From positions 467,762 through 531,761 of the forward strand of contig NW_008246105.1 in assembly GCF_000281045.1 (NCBI RefSeq): a DNA stretch of 64,000 bases, read 5' to 3'. The position numbers were made by a program, and so were the translations under genes. The notes beneath the pieces are model-generated. The model searched no databases, was not told where the DNA came from, and worked only from the letters and a program-made list of their open reading frames with translations. Below are positions 10,679 through 22,057 of this stretch, one piece after another. Source of the stretch: Saprolegnia diclina VS20. Its lineage: Eukaryota. The stretch's first letter is position 1; each line of letters opens with the position of its first letter.

Positions 10679-12778
10679 ATGGGACTTGACGCGGACATTC
10701 CGCTGACGTGGCGCCGCGTCGTGCTTGCGTGCTCGTCGTACGTGCTCTTCTTCACGGACATTCCGCGCAGCGGGTTCGGCTTCAAGACGCTTCCACCGGG
10801 CTACCGTGCGGCCACCGAGTCGCTGTACGCCAACTTTGGCCCGTACAACTACCCGATCATGACCATGACGAAGCAGCTCAACGGTACACGCCTGGTCGCG
10901 CCATGCCCCTACAATGCGGCAACGTAGGATCGGTGACCGGGTCGGTCCCACTCGCCAAAGTCTGGAGCTACAAGTTTGACACGTGCTCCCTGGGGCTTCG
11001 CACAGTTGTCTCGCAGCGCAACGTCTCTGGCTGGTGAGGCCACGGCTGCAAAGGAGTGGCGATCGAGCTCGTATAGGGATCCGTGCTTGCTGTACGCATC
11101 CGAGTGTACACGCGAGATGCTTTCGCCCAGCGAGGTGTTTACGATGCTCGAGAANNNNNNNNNNNNNNNNNNNNNNNNNNNNNNNNNNNNNNNNNNNNNN
11201 NNNNNNNNNNNNNNNNNNNNNNNNNNNNNNNNNNNNNNNNNNNNNNNNNNNNNNNNNNNNNNNNNNNNNNNNNNNNNNNNNNNNNNNNNNNNNNNNNNNN
11301 NNNNNNNNNNNNNNNNNNNNNNNNNNNNNNNNNNNNNNNNNNNNNNNNNNNNNNNNNNNNNNNNNNNNNNNNNNNNNNNNNNNNNNNNNNNNNNNNNNNN
11401 NNNNNNNNNNNNNNNNNNNNNNNNNNNNNNNNNNNNNNNNNNNNNNNNNNNNNNNNNNNNNNNNNNNNNNNNNNNNNNNNNNNNNNNNNNNNNNNNNNNN
11501 NNNNNNNNNNNNNNNNNNNNNNNNNNNNNNNNNNNNNNNNNNNNNNNNNNNNNNNNNNNNNNNNNNNNNNNNNNNNNNNNNNNNNNNNNNNNNNNNNNNN
11601 NNNNNNNNNNNNNNNNNNNNNNNNNNNNNNNNNNNNNNNNNNNNNNNNNNNNNNNNNNNNNNNNNNNNNNNNNNNNNNNNNNNNNNNNNNNNNNNNNNNN
11701 NNNNACGCTTCGGTACTACCAGCTGCTCTTCTGCCTTCGACTGCTCGGGCAAATGTACAACATTGGCCGCGCGATCGCGCTCTTCATTGGGTGCTACGCT
11801 GCGCGGTGTGCCGAAGCGTCGTACAAACATGCGTCGCTGCAACGAAGGCTGTACGCAGCTCTGACCATGTACCTGCGCATTCCCGCCCAAGTGGTCATCT
11901 ACGGCAGCTGGTTGCCCGTGCTAGTGTTCGTGCTCGCACATCTGGTTGACTCGCCATTTTTGTACTTTACCATTTTCATCGACCTCGCGACCATCAACGG
12001 CACGTACTACCTCGACGCGCCAAAGCTCTACAAGTTCTCGATCTTGCTCACGTGCCATATGCGCAACGTGTGGCTGCTCAGCCTCGTCACCAAGATGGTA
12101 CTGCTCATGCGGGACCCGCGGCACCCACACCGCATCCTTGGCGTCCGCGGCTACCTCCTCCCGTTCGTGTCGTTCTTTTCGATTTTGTTTGAGATTCGCC
12201 TCAAAGCGCTGCGCAACACGGACCTCGTGACGGTGCTGCCATTTGCCCCAAGTGTGTCGACGCAGCTTGTCCGCGGCTTGCACTCGGTGCCGAGCAACTA
12301 CCGCTACTGGGGCGTCTACTCGGACATCAAGACGCTCTCGCTGTCATGTGTCGCCACCTATTTTCTCGGACGTCTTTTGCTGCAGCAAGATCTGGTGTTC
12401 GAGACCCATGTCCCGTACACGCTGCTGCGGCACTGCAACCGCACCATGTTCAGCACCGCGTGGCACTCGCCACTCGAGTCCCGACCGACGTCGCTCCGAC
12501 GCGTGCACTCGCAAGCCGACCTCACGTCGACGCGGCTCTCGCGCAACCGGCTCATGCACGTGACGTGGATGACCGACCCGATCCAGTACCTCTGCCTCCT
12601 TTGGAACCAACCAATCGTGTACGTCTACAAGCCCAAGCATTCCGACGCCGTCGTGCACCATGTTCTGTCGCCGCGCGAGCTCAAGACCCAAGACTCGATG
12701 CTGCACGCGACACTCGAGTACGTCGGCGAAGCCTTCCTCCTCGACCTGCCCTGGGCCCAACGCATCCAGTGCTACTGA
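10679..12778 (+). CDS. Uncharacterised multi-pass membrane protein, tandem paralog 3 (middle lies in the assembly gap)
   Basis: Introns 10884-10927 and 11034-11076; family motifs on both sides of the gap. The gap length is close to the equivalent segment in paralog 2 (about 8755-9310). Confidence 0.85.
11155..11704. other. Scaffold gap (550 N)
   Basis: Run of N characters. Confidence 1.
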
Positions 12779-12836
12779 CCGCGAAACCGATCGGCCGAAA
12801 GTGCGCTCGCGAAACCACAGTCGAAACGGGCGACCC

Positions 12837-14982
12837 ATGCGACGGCTCCAGCGCACCCGGCGCGGTCCGAGCGTCAGCGACCTCGACGTCGACGTGCCGC
12901 TGACGTGGTCCAAGGTGCTTCTGGCGCTCGCGTCTTACTGTCTCTTCTTCACGGACATTCCACGGAGCGGGTACGGCTTCAGAGACCTCCCGTACTTTGC
13001 GACGACCGAGACTCAGTTTGCCAACTTTGGCCCGTACGCGTACCCGATCATCGCCATCGAGCGCCACGTCAACGGTGCGTCGTCCTGAGGCTTGTAGTCG
13101 CTTCAATGTTGAACTATCGCGTTAGGTTCGGTCCAGAGCTCGAGTCCATTCGCCACCGTCTGGAGCTACAAGTTTGACACGTGCTCGGTCGGTCTCCGCA
13201 CGGTCGTCGCGTCCCTCGACGTTGCTGGCTGGTACACACACTATAAACTTGAAATAAGATCTATAGGAACGAACTAGGCACGAGTGCTTGGCATACGCGC
13301 GTCCTTGCGCCAGCTCGAACGTGCGCCCGGAGGACTTGTTTGGGATGCTCGACAATGTTGTCACGGCGGTGCACGCCCACGGCAGCTGCTCGTGGCGGGT
13401 CAGCTACTACTTTGTCGATATCATCAACGACCTCTTTGCGTTTGGGGGCATCAAGGAGCGCGACTGGCGGCGCGTGCAGACGCAGTACGTGACGTCGTCG
13501 ACCACGGACCTCTGCGATCCGCGGCGAGATCAACTGGCGTTCTTTTGCGAGCAGCCGTGGACCGACTTTGGTACCTTTGGTAGGAACCTATAGCCATCTT
13601 GACACACTGGACTGATACAAGTGCAAGGTGGCGTCGCCGTCCGCCTCATGCCGGCAATCCAAGCGCAACTCCAAGCCGCCGAGCGCCGCGCCGACCGTAC
13701 GACGCAGCATGTCGACATGGCGCTCATCGTTGGAAGCGACGACCTGCGTCCGTGGGCCGGCGGCTTTGCGAAAAGCTACCTCAGCGCGTTCGATGTCGTG
13801 ACCCTTCTCCGGATTCAAAATTGCTCGAATGTCGCGCGAAGAATCAACTGCTCCACCGTGTACGTGTCCGACTACCGGTACGAAGGCGGTCTCGGGCGCA
13901 CGAATACCCGCGCGTACTACCGCCTCACCGCTTGCTTGCGCACGTTTGGCCAGCTCTACAACATTGGCCGGACACTGGCGCTCGTCTATGGGTGCTACGT
14001 CGCACGGCGCCACGAGCTCAAGTACCGAAACGCGCCCTTCCTCCAAGCACTGTACGCAGCACTGACCATGTGGCTTCGCATTCCGGCCCAAGTGGTCATC
14101 TACGGCAGCTGGTTGCCCGTGCTCGTGTTTACACTAGCGCATGCGATCGACGCGCCGTTCTTGTACTTGGCCATCTACATGCAACTCGGTACGCTCAACG
14201 GGACCTTCTCCTTTGGTGAGCGCAAGGTGTACGACTTGATTCTGCTGCTCACGTGCCACATGCGCAACGTCTGGGTGCTCAGCCTTGGCGTCAAGGCGAT
14301 CCTCGTTCTCCATCGTAGTGACCGCCACCGCCAAGCGCTGTACGGCTTCCGCGGCTACCTCCTTCCGCTCATCTCATTTCTCTCAATGGTCTTTGAAATT
14401 CGCCTCATTGCGCTTCGTGATACGAGCCTCATTGACGTCCGCCGCGTCGTTGCTAGTCACGAGATGGCGCTCATAAGGGAGCTCCATGCGCTGCCGACCA
14501 ACTACCGGTTCTGGGGCGTTTGCTCGGACGTCAAGAACCTCTTGCTCTCGTGGCTCTTAATTTATGGCTGCGTCCGGCTATTGACGCGCTACGAGGTCGC
14601 GTACGCAACGACCATGCCGTACACGCTGCTGCGGTTCTGCCACCGGAGTATGTTTACGACGGCGTGGCATGCGTCGGCGCGCGAGACGTCCATGTATCTG
14701 AGCAAAGTCCACGCGCAAATCCAGCTCCACCCCGGCCGGCGGTCGCTCTACAAGCTCATGCACATCACGTGGATGACCGACCCGTTGCAGTACGCGACGC
14801 TGCTGTGGACGCGCCCGATCGTCTGCGTCTACCGCATGCGCATCACGGGCGCCGTGCTGCACCATGCGCTCACGCCCCACGAGCTGCTCCAGCTCGACGC
14901 GTCCTTGCGCGAGCGCGTCGAGTGGGCAGGCGACGTCTACCTTCTGGACTTGCCGTGGCACGAGCGCATCCGCTGCTATTAG
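12837..14982 (+). CDS. Uncharacterised multi-pass membrane protein, tandem paralog 4
   Basis: Introns 13075-13125, 13232-13277 and about 13580-13627 at the homologous positions; same motifs. Confidence 0.9.
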
Positions 14983-15744
14983 CTGACAGCTGACAGATTT
15001 CTTATTTAACACTATTTATTATCGACCCCAAGTCACAATGGTGGTGACCTCGGTCGCGACTTCAGAGCTTTCGAGTGCGCAGCAGCGAGGCGGTCGACGG
15101 CGAGGGGCGCAGATGGAAGGTACAGGCCGTGGGAGCTCGTACTGGTGCACTGTGGGCGAAGATCTCTGCGACGAGATGTTGAAGCACCTTGTGGTGGCTT
15201 CGTGCGACCGCTTCAAAGCTAGACATACCGCCTCATGCACAAGGCCTATATAGAGTAATGGTCTAGCATCGCAGCTCAAGAAACGCAGCGAGCGTGGCTT
15301 GAAGAACGTGCAGCTGTGCATGTTGAAGCTGCTGGCAGCCAGACATGTTGGGATGAGGACCTCCAGCAGAAGTATCAGCTGGAGGTAGAGAACACTGCAG
15401 TAGCAACAGTAGAGTACTAGCGCTCCTTCTACTGCCGCGGGTGCACTACTGCCACAGGTAGCCACTGCAGAGCTCTGCCACAGGTGGACTGTCGCCAGAG
15501 CGAGGCTTAACAAGATACTCAATGTCGATCGCTGATTGGTCAACACAAATTCCGACACGTGATTGGTCTACCTGGAATGATGTGACCAATCAACAACGAG
15601 CAAAGCTGATCCGCATCAGTCACGGACTCTCGGACTCTTGCTGGACGATGGCGGCTGCAGGAGCGCGATCGGTCGGCCGGCGGTTCGACCCTCGCCAGCC
15701 GCAACACGTGCGGTGCGTCATCGACACTTGTTCAAATCGGTTCA

Positions 15745-18612
15745 GTGAAACGACCTTTTGAGTGGCCACACCCTGCACGCCAGACGTGGCCAACGAGAGA
15801 GCGCCGACCGCCAATGCCTCATTTCCGAACTTGCTTCATGGGTGTGCCATCGCGTCAAGGGGCTCCGCTGGACGCAGACAAGGCGCCGTTCGAAGCCGTG
15901 CTGCGCAAGCTTCCGTCGCCGGTCGACTTTGCACTGCGACATCAACTGCCGTACGACGTGCCGCCGCTCGTGCGCGTCACTGGCCTCAAAGAAGGACTAT
16001 CCCTCCCGCTGCGATCGGCCGACGCCGACGCCGTCCTCGCTGCGTACCCGTCGGGGATTGTGCCCGCACCGCGCGTCTCGTTTATGAACCCCGACTGGCC
16101 CGACACGATCGAGCGCTGCGTGCTGCCGTACGTCCGCCGCCGACTCGGGTGCACCGTCGTGTTGAAGGCGGTCTTCTCACGCTTTGTCGTGGACAAAGTC
16201 GGCTCGAATTCCGTGCTTGCGCCCGCCCAACGGTCGCCGAGAACGTTTGGGACGCTGCTCATCGCATTGTCGTCGCAGGTGGAAGGCGGTGTCGTCTCGT
16301 TCACTTATGAGGACAAGGTCCACGACTGGACAGCGCTGGCGAGCTCGACCCTCACGCGCTTTACATTTGCAGCGACAACGCTCGCAGCAACCATCACGAC
16401 GACGCCCGTGACGAAGGGGCACCGCGTCCTGGCCGTCTACCACCTTGTGTACGCTAACGAGCAAATGGCCTTTCTCCCGACGCCGACGCCCATGGACGAA
16501 GCGATCGCGCGGCTCGTGGCCGCGGCGACCTCGCCGCTCTCTCCCAAGTACAACGTCATGGGCTACCATTTGAAGGACGGCTGTTACGCCAACTCGTTCG
16601 ACGACCTTGACGGCCGGGACCTCGCGTTCGCCCAGGCGCTCGTGGCCTCCAACGTCTATGACGTGGCGCTCGCGCTGTTCCGAGAGCCGAGCGCGCAGCA
16701 GGCGGTCAGTGTGGTGTCGGCGACGCTGCACCCCACGCTGCATCTGCCATGTTTGACGCTTCAAGGCGTCGACGTACCGGCATTCCTCTATAACGGGGAC
16801 GTCAAGAGCACCACCTTTACGTACCGCAGCACGGGCCTCGTCTTTTGGCGCAAGACGCACCGCGTGCGTCTCGTCGGCATCGACGCCGCGGTGCGCACGC
16901 TCCACGAACGGTCCGCGCACGCTGACGGAACGTTCTGCGGCCACCTGACGTTATCATCGTTGGCCCGCGCCATCTTTGAGCTTGTCGGGCCGCACGACTT
17001 TATCGTCTGGGCGCCGTTCGGTGGGCCTCGGACCTTTTGCGCGGCGCTCGTCGACGGCCTCAACGCACTTGATGACGCGTCGCTCGTCAACGCTTTCTGG
17101 CGCAACCACGTCGGTGTCCGCGACGAGATGCCGCTCGAGGCGCTCGCGCCCGCGATGCACGCGGCCCTCCAGCAGTTTGGCCCCGAAGAGCTCATCGACG
17201 CGCTTAGCGTCGTGCTCCTGCGCTGGGGCGCCTCGTGGGCGGGCCTCTCGTTCGGCTACCGGCTCCTCGCGAGCTTGGCCGGCGTCTCGGTCGCGCCTGT
17301 CTGTCCTCGCCTCGATGCGCCGTTCGCACGCGAGTACGTCCAGCACGGCTTTGCGTCCCTCTTGCAGTCGTGCGTTGCTCAAAAGGTTCCGAAGCTCAAG
17401 CAGGATGCAGATGAGGACGACGACGACGACGAAGACGAGGAAGACGAGGCGAATGGGACGTATGACACCATGATGGCGATCGTCCGGGATGGCATTCCTC
17501 TCGAGCACTACCTCTGGCGGGGCCCGCTCGACGGCGCGCGGCTGCAAGGACAGCTTCCGGATGCTCTCGTCCGCACGACGCTCGAGTACCAGCTGCCGAC
17601 GCTGCGCGTCGAGGCCATGGCTGCCATGTACCCGGGGTTCTTTGACCCACTGCGCACCCTCACGCCAGCGTACGCGGCCTTGCAGCACACACACGACTTG
17701 TCGCTCGACTGGCTCAAGACGTCCGTGCTCGCCGAAGTGCCCGACGGCTCGATCGGGTTTGGCCCGCCCGTATCCTCGATCGTCGCGATGGTGCGAGTCC
17801 TTGACGCGCAAAAGATGCTCACAGAAGAGATGCTGCGACGTCGGCTCTATTGCGCGTGGGGACCGTACTTGGCGGCCGCGATCGCCGTCTTCCTCCAGAC
17901 GACGCCGCCGAACGACGTGGGGCCGTGCGTCGCGATCTTCGCGTACCTCGTGTCGCTGCACAAGATCCTGCTCGAGATCAACGTGCTCCTGACGCACTAC
18001 GCGCAGCTAACGCAAACGACCGTCAGTAGCACCGACGTTCTCGGCTTGCTCATTTTGGATGCGCTCGACGTGTACGAGGCGCACGCGCCAGCGCTCCTCG
18101 ACAGCTTCGTGTCGCACTGGCTCGACGCAGCCGCCAATGACATTGCGGCGCACCGGACCATGGTCTGGACAGTCCTTACCAAGCTACAGCAGCGACTGCC
18201 GAAGAAGGTCGCGCTCTACCGCAAAATCGCGACGGCCTCTCGTCGCATGCTTGCCGGTGACGCGGCGCCGTTGCCGGACTTTAGCCAGCGCGACTTGGTG
18301 CTTGACTGCAACTGCCACTGCTGCGCCGAGCTCCAAGAGTTTGTACTGGCGCCGCGACAGGACCGCGTCGTCCTCGAGTGGACGCACGCGCAACCGCTGT
18401 GCGCGACCGCCCGCGACGTGGTCGTCGCCCACCCGACGCGCCTGCGCCTGAGCGAATACGAGACCAAGGACGTCGTCCAAGGAACCTTTACCAAGCTCGA
18501 CTACGACGCCAACAGCTTTGCGATCTTGCGTGCGCTGCAAGAGCGCGACAGCGATGCCAGCAAGGTGCGAATGCTCACGCGACGCCTGCGCGAGCTCGAC
18601 GCTGTGCCCTAA
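15745..18612 (+). CDS. Large hypothetical protein with degenerate 2OG-Fe(II) oxygenase-like N-terminal domain and C-terminal Cys cluster (start uncertain)
   Basis: 955-codon open frame. FGTLLIALSSQVEGGVVSF and PVTKGHRVLAVYHL resemble 2OG-Fe(II) strands; acidic tract and DCNCHCCAELQEFV further on. First in-frame ATG is about 15814. Confidence 0.75.
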   Translation: MKRPFEWPHPARQTWPTRERRPPMPHFRTCFMGVPSRQGAPLDADKAPFEAVLRKLPSPVDFALRHQLPYDVPPLVRVTGLKEGLSLPLRSADADAVLAAYPSGIVPAPRVSFMNPDWPDTIERCVLPYVRRRLGCTVVLKAVFSRFVVDKVGSNSVLAPAQRSPRTFGTLLIALSSQVEGGVVSFTYEDKVHDWTALASSTLTRFTFAATTLAATITTTPVTKGHRVLAVYHLVYANEQMAFLPTPTPMDEAIARLVAAATSPLSPKYNVMGYHLKDGCYANSFDDLDGRDLAFAQALVASNVYDVALALFREPSAQQAVSVVSATLHPTLHLPCLTLQGVDVPAFLYNGDVKSTTFTYRSTGLVFWRKTHRVRLVGIDAAVRTLHERSAHADGTFCGHLTLSSLARAIFELVGPHDFIVWAPFGGPRTFCAALVDGLNALDDASLVNAFWRNHVGVRDEMPLEALAPAMHAALQQFGPEELIDALSVVLLRWGASWAGLSFGYRLLASLAGVSVAPVCPRLDAPFAREYVQHGFASLLQSCVAQKVPKLKQDADEDDDDDEDEEDEANGTYDTMMAIVRDGIPLEHYLWRGPLDGARLQGQLPDALVRTTLEYQLPTLRVEAMAAMYPGFFDPLRTLTPAYAALQHTHDLSLDWLKTSVLAEVPDGSIGFGPPVSSIVAMVRVLDAQKMLTEEMLRRRLYCAWGPYLAAAIAVFLQTTPPNDVGPCVAIFAYLVSLHKILLEINVLLTHYAQLTQTTVSSTDVLGLLILDALDVYEAHAPALLDSFVSHWLDAAANDIAAHRTMVWTVLTKLQQRLPKKVALYRKIATASRRMLAGDAAPLPDFSQRDLVLDCNCHCCAELQEFVLAPRQDRVVLEWTHAQPLCATARDVVVAHPTRLRLSEYETKDVVQGTFTKLDYDANSFAILRALQERDSDASKVRMLTRRLRELDAVP

Positions 18613-18991
18613 CCCCAGCCCTAGCCCTCGCCATCATCCGTCACTGCTACGTGTAATGCAGTTTGTCTTTACGATCGAGCTTCGAGTCTGTAGTAGCAAG
18701 GGCCTGAACTATGGTCGTACAGTAGCAAACATACCGCATGGGGTCGTAGCCGACATATATCCTGCGTGGTCGGTGGCTCGAGACGTCCGGCACGACTGAC
18801 GTGGCGTCCATAGTATGTTCTTTCTAAACCTACTAGTGTTTGAACTAGACTTTTTCTCACTGACAATTATTGTCCTAGATAGCAAGGACTACTATATGCG
18901 AAAGAGAAAGTAATTTCCAACAATAAGTACTGTAACCCGCCATGCAAAAGTGATAGTTTGCTCGAAGATCGTCTGTACAGGAGTCGGTTGC

Positions 18992-21916
18992 TCACTTTTT
19001 GCCCTTCTTGCCCTTGGCGCCCTTCTTGCCCTTCTTGTCGTCCGCAGCGTCGCCGTCGCCGAGCGCGGCCTTGCGGATCTTCTCGCGCGTCTCCTTGAGC
19101 CCCGTGATGACCGCCGTAAAGTTCTTGAGCTTCTCGTTGTCGTCGGCAAACGTTGCTGTCTGTCGCGACAGCGCCGAAATGAACTCGTCTTCGCGCAGCA
19201 CCCGCTTCTCGAGCCGGTTCACACGGCGCGCCGTCAAGGTCTGGTCCACCGCAGCGCGGATCGACCCGGACGAGTACCCTTCGGAAATGTGCGCCAGTGT
19301 ACTCACGTCCAGCTCGTCCGGGAGGCGCACGCCGGCCCTACCCCAATATCAGACTCGATAAATTGATACTAAATATATGCCATACGGGGTCGGGGTGTGC
19401 AGCTTGATCGTGTCGATGATGGAGCGACGCCAGAGGAGGACGCGCGACGGGTAGTCGGGGTATGGAAAGTAGAGGAATTTGTCGAAGAACGCCCGAAAGT
19501 CCTTGGGTTCGCCGGCCATCGGGTTGGACGAAGTGCCGATGATCAAGATGCGGTCGTTGACCGTGAGCGACTTGAGGTACGTGAGTAGATCCTTGCGGTA
19601 CCCGGTCGGGCCGTCCGACGCCTTCTTCTTCCCGGGCGCGAAGATCTGTTCGCACTCATCCATGTAAATAACCGCGGGCTGCATCGCCTTTGCCAACGTC
19701 CACACCATGTGAATGCACTTGGTCGGGCCGCTCTTGCCTACGCGTGTTGATAGATTGATACATTTCAAAACGCGACCAATCACGTACCGGAAAACTTGCC
19801 GATCAAGTTGGACGCCGACAGGTTGAAGAAGAGCGCGCCGGTCTCGTGGGCGATCGCTCGCGCCATCATGGTCTTCCCGCTGCCCTTGGGTCCATACAGC
19901 AAGAGCGACCGAATGTTCTTGACCTTCTCGCGCACGGGGAGCGACCCGAGCGGCAGCACCGCGTACTCGACGATGGCCGCCCTACGCTCTCCATCAAACA
20001 TCAATAAATCTATAAAAATGGTACCGGAGCTGCGCGGCCGACGGGTCCTGCGGCACCCAATTCCCAAAGCGATCGCGTCGGTCCGCGCTCTGGTAGACGG
20101 TCCCGAGGTAGTTGAATTCGCCGACAAAGTCGTGCACGTGGCAAGGGCGGACGTTGCTCACGATCTTTTGCTCGACGAGGATCGCGAGCATCGTGTCGGG
20201 AGTCCGGCCTTTGAGCTCAGCGATCTTGTCGCCGGGCAGCGGTTTGCCCTTCTTGCCCTTCTTGTCCTTCTTGCCCTTCTTGCCCTTTTTGCCCTTCTTG
20301 CCCTTCTTGCCCTTCTTCTTCTTCCCATTCGCCGCGGCCTCGAGCTGCGCCTTGATGTTGGCCAGCTGGAGCACGAGCATCTCGTCGACTTGCTGCCGGA
20401 CTTGGGCTTCAACCGGGCTGCGCACCACGTCCTTGGCGAGGTCAATGTCGTACTTTTGGTGGAAATTGTCGGCTTCGTCGCGCTCGAGCCACACTTTCTC
20501 AAACATCTCGACGCCGCCGGCCATGTTGGTGCAGAGCTCGCTCGGGCCCGTGAGCGGCGGCGGGCGCTCGGGCGGCGCCTCGGCTTCGACCTTTTTCTCG
20601 TCCTTTTTGCCTTTTTTGCCCTTTTCCTCCTTGGCTTTCTTCCCCTTCTTGTCGTCCTTCTTGTCCTTCTTGCCCTTGGACTCGGCGTCGTCTTTGGGCT
20701 CGGCCTCGGGCGGCGGCGGGTTGATCATGAGGTAGTAGCCCGCGAGGTCCTCGGGCAGCTGCCCGAGCGCCATCATGTCCGAGATCCACTTGCGCCGCTC
20801 CTCAAGGAGCTTCTCCTTCATGAACGGACCTTCTTCGGACGCGACCGTCTCGTGGATATCTCCAAGCGACTTCTCGTACTCGTCCTTGTTGTCGGCTTGC
20901 TGCGTCTTGCGCTTGATCTTGGCGAGGGCGAGCGCCGCCTCGAGCTCGAGCGCCTTGTCGACGACCGGCGGCTTCATGCCAATGAACACCAGCTCCTCGT
21001 CGCGCTCGACCGTCGCCTTCCCGCGCGAGTTGTGCCCGCGGAAGACGCGCTGGATGTTGGCGGCCGCGAGCTCCGGGTCCATCTCGGGCGTCTGCGTGTT
21101 GTCGTAGATGCGGCGCTGCTTCTCTTCCTCGCGGAGCTCGTGCACAAGGAGGCCGCGCTGTCGGCCTTGCCGCCCGCGCTCGTTGCGCTGGATGATCTGC
21201 AGCGCTTCGTCCAGCGACATCTAGATCCGAGTTGCGTCACTTGCACGGAATAGCCAGCGTACCGCGTCGGCGAGCGAGATGCTGGCGTCGCTGTCGTCAA
21301 TGTAGAGCGCTTCGACGCCGAGCTTGAGCTTCATGTAGCCTTTGACGAGCTAGACAAGTAGTGGCTTGAGGCAGGATATGAACGAGGGGCTCGTACGCGA
21401 TCCCGCTTCTTGAGCTCAGCGCTGCTGTCTTCGACAAAGTAGCGTGGCACGGGCACTTCGAGGAGGCTCGGCGGCAGCTTGAGGTCGACGAGGAGGTCGT
21501 CGAGGTTGACGTACTCCCACGGAAAGTTCTGCTCCGGCGTCGTGCGCACGTCAGGATTCGGCGGGTTCCACTTGACGAGGTCGTGCTTGAGCTCGACCAC
21601 GCGCGTCTAGACCACTCTAGCTCCATGTACGGACGGTGGCGCATGTACCATGACGAGCTCCATGATCTTCTTGACGTCGATGCGCTTTTGCGGGTGCACC
21701 ATTTGGTCGTAGCACTCCTCGAGCGTCGTAAAGATCTGCACGTACTTGATGTAGAGGCACGCGTAGTGCTGGAAAGCCTCGAGCATCGAGACGTCCGGCG
21801 GCGGCTGCACCTCTTGGCCCTCTTCGGCGTCGAGCGTGTGGTCCTCAATGTGCACCTGCTCGTTGAGCTCGGTCATGGCCGACTGCCATTTCGTATCAAA
21901 CGTGCTATGTCGCCAT
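18992..21916 (-). CDS. IQCA1: Dynein regulatory complex protein 11 / IQ and AAA domain-containing protein (multi-exon)
   Basis: LEECYDQMVHPQKR, IQ motif AAANIQRVFRGHNSR, KKG-rich tracts, Walker A LYGPKGSGKT and Walker B-like VIYMDECE. The likely ATG (21916) is one base out of frame; next in-frame ATG is 21876. Confidence 0.92.
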
Positions 21917-22057
21917 GAGCACCACGGTGGCAATTCGGCGACGCACTAGTTGGCCATCGCGGCTTTTGTCGGCGACCGCTCAATCCAAAAGTGAACCCGA
22001 CGCCCGTTTCGCCACGCCCATTGCCACAGATGAGTACACTCGAAGAGACGCTGTATA

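Noticed and set aside
10367..11949. ORFs spanning the N run
   Set aside because: Artefacts of translating the assembly gap.
15019..15558. 179-codon minus-strand ORF in the intergenic region
   Set aside because: Atypical composition, no motifs, overlaps the CCAAT-rich promoter of the next gene.
18608..18629. ccctaa/cccagc/cctagc run resembling telomere repeats
   Set aside because: Too short and degenerate; overlaps a stop codon.
20246..20325. 9-bp cttgccctt repeats
   Set aside because: Explained by the KKG tracts typical of IQCA1/DRC11.
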